IMG/VR virus record: IMGVR_UViG_3300036716_000812
Length of the DNA: 20,000 nt
From: an uncultured virus (IMG/VR IMGVR_UViG_3300036716_000812)
Lineage: Duplodnaviria > Heunggongvirae > Uroviricota > Caudoviricetes
Reading direction: 5' to 3' (one strand)
Under the pieces are notes generated by a model. That model did not search any database. It was not told the DNA's origin and saw only the letters and a program-made list of their open reading frames with translations. Both the position numbers and the translations under genes were made by a program. This document shows, piece after piece, positions 1 to 6,729 of this stretch (the stretch's first letter is position 1; every line of letters starts with the position of its first letter).

Positions 1-1
1 A

Positions 2-190
2 TTTGTAGAAACATATAAGTTACGAGATGTAACATTAGTGCCAGTCAAAAGTGATGAACACGAAAATGATACTGGTGCTGAAATACATTTCGAAACAATA
101 GATGAAATTGTGGTATCACAGTTAGCATCACTAGACGATAACGGCAGTTTCGATAAAAATATACTTATTGAAATATACAATAACTTATGA
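2..190 (+). CDS. 3' end of recombination nuclease subunit (T4 gp47/SbcD/Mre11-like), partial
   Basis: Frame 2 is open from the window edge: FVETYKLRDVTLVP...HFETIDEIVVSQLASLDDNGSFDKNILIEIYNNL*, with TGA at 188-190. The C-terminus resembles phage gp47 tails and a gp46-like gene follows. Catalytic motifs are outside the window. Confidence 0.7.
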   Translation, partial: FVETYKLRDVTLVPVKSDEHENDTGAEIHFETIDEIVVSQLASLDDNGSFDKNILIEIYNNL

Positions 191-783
191 GAAAGATACT
201 AATTACAGGAAGTCGTAACTACGGCTTGTGTGAGGCTGTTTGTAATCTGTTTGATACTATGACTAATATCGAATATGAAACAGCCAGCAGAAGTAATGGC
301 TACCACCTAGACACAAGTGAAGGTCAGAAAAAATTGGCAGAGAAATACATCGAAGGCAACTTTGATATTTTCATAAACAATTCTGCAATATGGAAGTTTC
401 AACAAGTTATGGTAGTTGAGGCTGTATATAATGCTATGGAAGAAGCGAATAGAAAAGGACATATAATAAGTATAGGTTCAACTGCTGATACTGGAGTAAA
501 AGGAAGAACTTGGAGATATCCAACAGAAAAGAAAGCACTCAAGGCTTACAACAGAGACTTAACTTATAAAGCAATGGGTGGCAGTAATATTAAAACAACA
601 CTAATTTCACCAGGAAGTTTAACAACAACAAGTGTAATGAAAAAACATCCTGATAGAAAACTGATTGATGTCGAATATATAGCAGAGTTAGTCGTATGGG
701 CAATCAATCAACCAGAGTACATCAATGTCAACGAATTGTCGATTGACCCTATACAATTAGGAACTTACGCAAGAGAGGTATAA
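187..783 (+). CDS. Short-chain dehydrogenase/reductase (SDR) family oxidoreductase
   Basis: N-terminal ILITGSRNYGL (variant TGxxxGxG), FINNSA (NNAG-like), ISIGS catalytic Ser, YPTEK (YxxxK), ISPG. ATGA overlap with the upstream stop. Confidence 0.85.
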   Translation: MRKILITGSRNYGLCEAVCNLFDTMTNIEYETASRSNGYHLDTSEGQKKLAEKYIEGNFDIFINNSAIWKFQQVMVVEAVYNAMEEANRKGHIISIGSTADTGVKGRTWRYPTEKKALKAYNRDLTYKAMGGSNIKTTLISPGSLTTTSVMKKHPDRKLIDVEYIAELVVWAINQPEYINVNELSIDPIQLGTYAREV

Positions 784-785
784 GT

Positions 786-2576
786 TTGTTAGTAATTAAG
801 AATATAACAATAAGAAATTTTATGAGTGTGGGTAACGTAACCCAGGCAGTGACATTAAACCAAGACGAACTAACTTTAGTTTTGGGTAATAATATCGATT
901 TAGGTGGAGATGGTTCTCGTAACGGAACTGGTAAGACCACTTTAATCAATGCGTTATCGTATGGTTTATATGGTAAAGCACTCACAAACATCAAACAGAA
1001 CAATCTAATCAACAAAACCAATGGCAAAGGCATGATGGTCACCGTTGATTTCGCATACAACGGAAATGATTACCGCATTGAACGTGGTCGTTCACCGAAT
1101 GTATTTCATTTCTTAAGAGATGGCATGGAACTTGGTGATAATGATGTAGAGAATGCTGGTCAAGGTGAAATGCGAATGACCCAATTTGAAGTAGAGAATA
1201 TTATTGGTCTTTCTCACTCAATGTTCAAACACATTGTTGCGTTGAACACATACACTGAGCCTTTCTTGTCCTTAAAAGCAGGTGACCAACGTGAACTTAT
1301 TGAAGAACTTCTAGGAATTACAGAACTCTCTCGTAAAGCAGAAGCACTCAAAGAGATTTCAAAGAACACAAAAGAACAAATCAAAGAAGAAGAATATTCA
1401 CTTAAGGGTAAAGAAGCCACAAATGCTCGTATTCTAAAAAGTATTAAAGATATCGAACGTAGACAGAAAGTCTGGAGTAACAAGCAACAAACAGACTTAG
1501 AAACATTAGAGTCCGCACTCGATTCATTGTCTCATGTAGACATTAAGAATGAACTAGAGCAACATGCTTTACTTGTAACATACAATGAAAACTTATCTGC
1601 TAAGAACCAGGCAACATCTTGGATTAAAAACATTGAAACAGATAACACAAAACAGTCTAAACTCATTGAACGTTTGAATGGTGAAATAAAACTCATTGAA
1701 GAACATAAATGTCACGCTTGTGGTCAAGAAATCCATGATGACAAACAAGGCGAAATAATGACAAACAAAAATTCACAGAAGACCGAAGCAGTAGAACAAC
1801 TCGCTACTAATGAAACTTCATTAACAGAACACAATACTCTAATCGAAAGTATTGGAGATATTGGCGACAAACCTGTTACATTTTACTCTACACTATCTGA
1901 TGCCTATGAACATCAAAATTCTGTAGAAAAGTTAGCAGAACAAATTGAAACGAATAAAAATACCGAAGACCCATACGCAGAACAAATAGCAGATATGCGT
2001 GATAGTGCCCTAGAAGAAATAGACTATGGACACATGAATTCATTGGTTTCTTTACAGGAACACCAAGAATTCTTATTGAAACTACTAACTAATAAAGATA
2101 GTTTTATTCGTAAAAAGATTATAGACCAGAACTTAAGTTACTTAAATTCTCGCCTAGCATATTACTTAGATAAGTTGGGATTACCACATGATGTTGTATT
2201 CCAGAGCGATTTAACAGTAGAAATTACTGAATTAGGTCGTGATTTAGACTTTGATAACCTAAGTAGAGGCGAAAGAAACAGACTTATTTTAGGTTTAAGT
2301 TGGAGTTTTCGTGACATATTCGAGTCATTATACAGCACAATTAACGTGTTATTTGTTGATGAATTGATAGATAGCGGAATGGACACCAATGGTGTAGAGT
2401 CGTCACTTGCTGTTCTTAAGAAAATGGCAAGAGATGGAAATAGAAGTGTGTATTTGATTTCACACAAAGACGAATTGCAAGGGCGTGTAGAAAGTGTCCT
2501 TAATGTAATAAAAGAAAATGGTTTCACAAGTTTTTCCCATGAAGAGGAAAGCGCCATGTATAAAACACAGGAGTAA
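786..2576 (+). CDS. Recombination nuclease ATPase subunit (T4 gp46/SbcC/Rad50-like)
   Basis: NFMS, Walker A GTGKTT, coiled coil with CHAC zinc hook, signature LSRGE, Walker B LFVDE, H-loop ISH. TTG start preceded by GAGAGG. Confidence 0.95.
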   Translation: MLVIKNITIRNFMSVGNVTQAVTLNQDELTLVLGNNIDLGGDGSRNGTGKTTLINALSYGLYGKALTNIKQNNLINKTNGKGMMVTVDFAYNGNDYRIERGRSPNVFHFLRDGMELGDNDVENAGQGEMRMTQFEVENIIGLSHSMFKHIVALNTYTEPFLSLKAGDQRELIEELLGITELSRKAEALKEISKNTKEQIKEEEYSLKGKEATNARILKSIKDIERRQKVWSNKQQTDLETLESALDSLSHVDIKNELEQHALLVTYNENLSAKNQATSWIKNIETDNTKQSKLIERLNGEIKLIEEHKCHACGQEIHDDKQGEIMTNKNSQKTEAVEQLATNETSLTEHNTLIESIGDIGDKPVTFYSTLSDAYEHQNSVEKLAEQIETNKNTEDPYAEQIADMRDSALEEIDYGHMNSLVSLQEHQEFLLKLLTNKDSFIRKKIIDQNLSYLNSRLAYYLDKLGLPHDVVFQSDLTVEITELGRDLDFDNLSRGERNRLILGLSWSFRDIFESLYSTINVLFVDELIDSGMDTNGVESSLAVLKKMARDGNRSVYLISHKDELQGRVESVLNVIKENGFTSFSHEEESAMYKTQE

Positions 2577-2579
2577 CAT

Positions 2580-2756
2580 ATGAGTACTAACGCAGAAATC
2601 GTAGAAGCAATGGAAACTTATCTAGCGGAAAATGCCAAGTTTGAAGAAAAGGGTGTTAAAGCATCTGCGGCTCGTGCCAGAAAAGCACTAGGCGATATTG
2701 GAAAACTTTCAAAGGTTCGTAGAAAAGAAATCCAAGACAAAAAGAACAACATGTAA
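2580..2756 (+). CDS. Small basic histone H1-like (Hc1-like) DNA-binding protein, 58 aa (missing from the ORF track)
   Basis: SD CAGGAG at 2568-2573, ATG 2580, TAA 2754-2756. MSTNAEIVEAMETYLAENAKFEEKGVKASAARARKALGDIGKLSKVRRKEIQDKKNNM; KGVKASAARARKAL resembles the Hc1 N-terminal motif. Confidence 0.8.
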   Translation: MSTNAEIVEAMETYLAENAKFEEKGVKASAARARKALGDIGKLSKVRRKEIQDKKNNM

Positions 2757-2765
2757 GTAATTTGT

Positions 2766-3356
2766 ATGGAAGAATATATTCCAAAATTCTTAGATATGCT
2801 TTATGATAATGAGATTGGAAAACATCTCACTATTGAAGAAGTGCGGGACGCATTTCATACAAATCAGATTGAAAGTAAAAAACAAGCAAGTCTAGCCTTT
2901 GGGGCAGTCAGCGATAATGCAAATAAAGTTTTGTATATCGGCTCTTGGCTAGGCTTTCTTACTCATGTGTTGATTGAAAAATATCCATCTATAAACTTCT
3001 ACGAAGTTGACATGGACACACGATGCAAAGAAGTAAGTGGCAGATTCAATTATACATTTAAGAATTATCTAGGACATCAAAGTGCAAACATTGAGGATAA
3101 AAACTTCAATATGTGGCATGAATTTGATACTATCATTAATCTTAGTTGTGAACACATGTCTACAAATTGGTATCATAAAGTTGCATCAGGAACACAACTT
3201 ATTATACAAAGTAATAACCTCGTAATTGACGACCATATAAACAATTGTGAATCACTAGATGATTTCAAAAGCAAATATCCTCTCAGTAAGATACATTACG
3301 ACACTACATTAGAACTTAACGTATTCAATAGATTTACTTTGTCTGGCGTAAAATAA
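2766..3356 (+). CDS. Class I SAM-dependent methyltransferase
   Basis: Motif I VLYIGSWLG, acidic motif II YEVDMD, and FDTIINLSCEH. Substrate unknown. Confidence 0.75.
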   Translation: MEEYIPKFLDMLYDNEIGKHLTIEEVRDAFHTNQIESKKQASLAFGAVSDNANKVLYIGSWLGFLTHVLIEKYPSINFYEVDMDTRCKEVSGRFNYTFKNYLGHQSANIEDKNFNMWHEFDTIINLSCEHMSTNWYHKVASGTQLIIQSNNLVIDDHINNCESLDDFKSKYPLSKIHYDTTLELNVFNRFTLSGVK

Positions 3357-3361
3357 CGAAT

Positions 3362-3370
3362 CATAAATAC
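3362..3370 (+). promoter_or_regulatory. T4-late-like promoter (CATAAATAC)
   Basis: Same ATAAATA(C) core as the sites upstream of the structural genes in this window. Confidence 0.6.
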
Positions 3371-3374
3371 TGGT

Positions 3375-4013
3375 ATGAGTATATTTGTTATTATATTGCT
3401 GGGATTTATTTGGTATCAATTCATCAGTGTAATTGGTCTATCTATTGGATTGCATAGATATTTTGCACATAATCAGTTTAAATTTAAATATCTTTCTTCA
3501 TTTTGGGAGACATTAGTTTTATTTCTGTCGTTATTAGCAGGGTCACGAAGTCCACTAGGATGGATTGGCGCACATAGAATTCACCATAGATATTCTGATA
3601 CTGAAAAAGACCCACATAGTCCATTACATATAGGATTTTTTAATGTACTATTCAGTAGTTGGAAAGTGAAAGAGATTCCTATAAAATACGTTAGGGATTT
3701 ATATGAAAATAAAAGAGTTATGTTTTTTCATAGACATTGGAAAAATATATGGGGAATTACAGGAATAATTTCTTTACTGATATCGTCAGACTTCTTTCTT
3801 ATATTTGTAGTTTCTCCTTTCATATTTGGATGGTTAAGTTTTGGTATATTCAACGCACTGGGTCACAAAGATGGAAAGCCAGTAACTAATAGATTTATAA
3901 ATCTTTTATCTGGCGGAGAAGGACCACACGATGTTCATCATAGTAATAGTAAGCAGATAAGATTAAGTAAGTACGATATATCAGGAATTATAATTGAAAA
4001 GTGTTTAAAATAG
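3375..4013 (+). CDS. Membrane fatty-acid desaturase (delta-9/DesC-like)
   Basis: His boxes HRYFAH, HRIHH and HDVHH (GEGPHDVHH), DPHSP, NALGH, and hydrophobic membrane segments. Confidence 0.9.
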   Translation: MSIFVIILLGFIWYQFISVIGLSIGLHRYFAHNQFKFKYLSSFWETLVLFLSLLAGSRSPLGWIGAHRIHHRYSDTEKDPHSPLHIGFFNVLFSSWKVKEIPIKYVRDLYENKRVMFFHRHWKNIWGITGIISLLISSDFFLIFVVSPFIFGWLSFGIFNALGHKDGKPVTNRFINLLSGGEGPHDVHHSNSKQIRLSKYDISGIIIEKCLK

Positions 4014-4519
4014 TAGAAGAAGCGCCACCTCAATGGTTACTTGATGACATAGCAGGCGGTAATGATAAACTAAAAGACAATTATACATTAGAAAATATAA
4101 AGTTACAAGAAATGATATGTTTCTGTATGTTGATGTATAATGATGATATAGTTGGGTTCAGTGGATTACAACGTAAGCCATTAGCACCAGAGCCTTTTGG
4201 TGATTGGGAAGACAACACACCAAGGGTTAATTCACGTTGTTATATAGCACCAAAGTTTAGACAATATAAAATAAGAGGCGATAGAATTCGTTATCCATGG
4301 AAATATCTAGCACCATATCAGATTAGAATGGCAGATAAAATGGGTTACAATAAGTTATTCTGGTCAACAGAACTATATAAACGTCAAGGAAAAACCATGG
4401 ACTTGACAATCGAATACGCAAAAGAATATTTGCCAGAGAACTGGCACTACAACAGATTAGAAGGTTATAGAGATATAAATGGAGTTGAACAAGAAGTATG
4501 CGAGATATTAAAATCATAG
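4001..4519 (+). CDS. Hypothetical protein, possible GNAT-fold acyltransferase
   Basis: GTG start overlapping the desaturase end. DIVGFSG...RVNSRCYIAPKFR...MGYNKLFWS follows a GNAT-like pattern. The fold call is inference. Confidence 0.45.
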   Translation: MFKIVEEAPPQWLLDDIAGGNDKLKDNYTLENIKLQEMICFCMLMYNDDIVGFSGLQRKPLAPEPFGDWEDNTPRVNSRCYIAPKFRQYKIRGDRIRYPWKYLAPYQIRMADKMGYNKLFWSTELYKRQGKTMDLTIEYAKEYLPENWHYNRLEGYRDINGVEQEVCEILKS

Positions 4520-5115
4520 ATAACATTCATACAAAAGAAGAATTTATAAAAGAATTAGAAAAGTATGGAACAGTTAACAGAGATATAGACTTACCAGTCA
4601 TTACAAGTAAAGAGACTAAAGAAGTCACTGAACAAATTTGGCACCAAGATGGTTTACAGATAGAAAACCAACCACAGTACCAAGCACTATGGTGTTCACA
4701 TGCTGAAGAAGAATGTCCATCTACACAATATGTTTCTACAAGAATATCAGAAGAAGAGGCTCTAAAGCACATTGATGTCATAGAGGGTTATGAGTTCAAA
4801 GAAGCAATTGATGATGGATTGTTTTATAGATTTGAAAAAGAATCACATAAAAGATATTATTTAAAAAAGATTTACAAAGGTAAAAGACCAATCATTCTAC
4901 AAGACGATATAGGTTATTACACTAGATGGTGTCCAATGTCATCATATAAAAACGAAACGTTAGAAGAAGCAGTCTTTAAAAACGAAATACAAGAAATAGA
5001 GTGGATATCTGGTAGAGTTGTGATATCAAACAACATTGCAACGTTACATAGAAGAACTCCAAACAAGAATGTGGCGGGAACAAGAAGTCTTTATAGAGCA
5101 TATGTACACATATAA
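4498..5115 (+). CDS. TauD/TfdA-like Fe(II)/2-oxoglutarate dioxygenase
   Basis: WHQDG (HxD), TQY, and C-terminal W..G.VVISNNIATLHRR...R.LYR typical of TauD-family proteins. Confidence 0.75.
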   Translation: MRDIKIIDNIHTKEEFIKELEKYGTVNRDIDLPVITSKETKEVTEQIWHQDGLQIENQPQYQALWCSHAEEECPSTQYVSTRISEEEALKHIDVIEGYEFKEAIDDGLFYRFEKESHKRYYLKKIYKGKRPIILQDDIGYYTRWCPMSSYKNETLEEAVFKNEIQEIEWISGRVVISNNIATLHRRTPNKNVAGTRSLYRAYVHI

Positions 5116-5144
5116 AAAAATATTAAAAAAAACTTAAAAAACGC

Positions 5145-5173
5145 TTGACTTTGGGTTGCCAGTATGTTAGTAT
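5145..5173 (+). promoter_or_regulatory. Sigma70-type promoter with extended -10 and A-rich UP element
   Basis: TTGACT (5145-5150), 17 nt, TAGTAT (5168-5173) preceded by TGn; A-tracts at 5114-5141. Confidence 0.8.
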
Positions 5174-5179
5174 ATTATA

Positions 5180-5352
5180 ATCAACGGGTGCCTATGTCTC
5201 CTCTAAACCTCTCTCATCGACATAGACCTTGTTGCTTCACTCTTTAAAAGAAGAGTGGGTGGGTTAGACCTTAACGTACCACCATAAAAAGCACAAAAAG
5301 GAAACGTAAGGCGGGAAACCCAGTAGTAGAAATATTACTGGGTTTTTCTTTT
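5180..5352 (+). ncRNA. Candidate ~170-nt small RNA with four hairpins and a C/U-rich loop
   Basis: Bounded by a promoter and an intrinsic terminator, no ORF. Stems: CAACGGGT/ACCTTGTTG plus CTATGTC/GACATAG; CACTCTTT/GAAGAGTG; GGTGG-GTTA/TAAC-CCACC. Confidence 0.6.
5316..5352 (+). terminator. Rho-independent terminator
   Basis: AAACCCAGTAGTA-GAAA-TATTACTGGGTTT followed by TTCTTTT. Confidence 0.8.
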
Positions 5353-5380
5353 GCCTAAATACAAATATTAGAGGAGTTAA

Positions 5381-5635
5381 ATGATGTCACCCCAATCAAT
5401 TGAAAGAGTAAAATGGCTCGCCACGTTTATGTTCGTGTGTGCGGGAACATTGATATCTTTAAACTTACCACAATCTAAGTACGCATTTCCATTATTTGCA
5501 TCAGGACATATAATTGCTATCTACGTCTTTACAATACTTAAAGACAAGCCGTTAATTGTACAAAATGTATTTTTCTTATGTATTGATGTGATAGGAATAT
5601 ATCAGTGGGTATTAGCGCCTATATTTTTTCTTTAA
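5381..5635 (+). CDS. Small hydrophobic membrane protein (about 3 TM segments)
   Basis: Strong SD AGAGGAG, three hydrophobic stretches, and a TAAATAC late-like site at 5356-5362. Confidence 0.75.
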   Translation: MMSPQSIERVKWLATFMFVCAGTLISLNLPQSKYAFPLFASGHIIAIYVFTILKDKPLIVQNVFFLCIDVIGIYQWVLAPIFFL

Positions 5636-6056
5636 CGCTGTTTAGATACTCAGTAAGAATTTTCGAACTTCCCACTCGTACATTGATAATACCATTATAG
5701 TACTCATCTGTTTCAAGCACTCTACGGTCAAATTGTTCTTTGGCTTCTACATAACTTAATGCGCCACGACTCGGGCAATAATGTAGAATCTCACGGGAAA
5801 ATTTATCGGGACCTAATTTTTTTACGTCCGCATTCAAATGGTCAGAAGAACCCCAATAAGTTCTCCAATCACTTTCTTTATAACCACGTCTCTTGTTCTT
5901 TCTTCCTTTAAGAGGTGGTTTAGTGGTTTTAAATCTTGCTAACTTCTTACCTATGTATTTTCTATCATTCGTAAGGTTCGTAATAAGATATACAAATCCC
6001 TCAACATTCTCAGGTAATTCATTTACAACTTCATTGTTATATGTCCATTCACTCAT
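5619..6056 (-). CDS. GIY-YIG family endonuclease
   Basis: GFVY-(10 aa)-YIG motif, YWGSS, conserved Glu (YVEAKEQ) and YYNG Asn. Highly basic insert KTTKPPLKGRKNKRRGYK. Confidence 0.85.
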   Translation of the reverse strand: MSEWTYNNEVVNELPENVEGFVYLITNLTNDRKYIGKKLARFKTTKPPLKGRKNKRRGYKESDWRTYWGSSDHLNADVKKLGPDKFSREILHYCPSRGALSYVEAKEQFDRRVLETDEYYNGIINVRVGSSKILTEYLNSVKEKI

Positions 6057-6064
6057 GGTGTTCT

Positions 6065-6666
6065 CATTTTAATAGGTCTAAAGACCTAATATCTTCGGAA
6101 ATTTCTTTTCGTTCCACTCAAAGAACATTTCCTTGATATTTCTTTTTTCCATTTAATATTATTTATTTTAATTACTTGTTCGGTTTGGAAGACACAATTG
6201 CCCATCCACTGGGCAACTGCTAATGAAACTTGTTCTTGCTCATCAGATTCTATGTCTAAGTTAGCCACTAGCAATGGCGAGGTCGGTTGACGATTCCCTC
6301 ATAACTTAGTATTGCGTCTTTCGACTCAACGGCACTTTGAATAATCCACATAGAATAAAATATCATCAAAGTTGGTAGTGTTTTTAACCTACCAGCGGTT
6401 TGTACATTTCTGTACAGTAAATACTAGTCATTCGATACCTTTAGAGTAACGAATGTTAAAATACGAAATAAAATGTGTGGTTAACGAGAAGCAGTGTCGG
6501 ATTTCACCCAACTTGTCTGAACGTATGTATAATATACGCCCTCAATCCCGAGTCGGCATCCCGACTAACAGTTCCACTATGTATTGTTTTATTGTAATCA
6601 TTATTAGCCTTTGGGGATTTATATTAGAATTAAAAATTGTTTTTGAATCGATTTGTATTAGTTATG
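6065..6666 (-). ncRNA. Candidate large (~500-600 nt) structured non-coding RNA or leader upstream of the GIY-YIG gene
   Basis: Own sigma70 promoter, no credible ORF, more than 10 complementary segment pairs. GAAA tetraloops and most G-U pairs read on the minus strand. Two potential pseudoknots. Confidence 0.6.
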
Positions 6667-6672
6667 TTGAAC

Positions 6673-6701
6673 ATACTAACATAGTGGAAAAGGGATGTCA
6701 A
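6673..6701 (-). promoter_or_regulatory. Sigma70-type promoter with extended -10
   Basis: Minus strand TTGACA (6701-6696), 17 nt, TAGTAT (6678-6673) with TGn. Shares TATGTTAGTAT with the 5145 promoter; A-rich upstream. Confidence 0.85.
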
Positions 6702-6708
6702 CCCTTTT
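6688..6708. terminator. Possible bidirectional terminator hairpin overlapping the -35 box
   Basis: AAAAGGG-ATGTCAA-CCCTTTT with T-runs on both strands, just downstream of the gp51-like stop. The G-C stem is short. Confidence 0.4.
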
Positions 6709-6729
6709 TGTAACTTTTTTTGTATTTTT

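Noticed and set aside
6225..6246. Hammerhead-like CTGATGAG on the minus strand
   Set aside because: No stem II followed by GAAA and no matching stem I/III arrangement.
6086..6274. 62-aa minus-strand ORF
   Set aside because: TTG start inside a hairpin loop, no SD, runs through an AT tract, and no recognisable motif.
6073..6300. Group I intron reading of the large RNA (R-like TCAACCGACCT, S-like AAGATATTAGGTC, adjacent GIY-YIG)
   Set aside because: No interrupted host gene or exons are visible, both segments already sit in local hairpins, and P/Q elements were not found. Not fully excluded without a covariance search.
6057..6666. tmRNA, RNase P RNA or tRNA in the non-coding region
   Set aside because: No tRNA-like acceptor or T-arm ends, no tag-peptide frame and no GAGGAAAGUCC-type motif seen.
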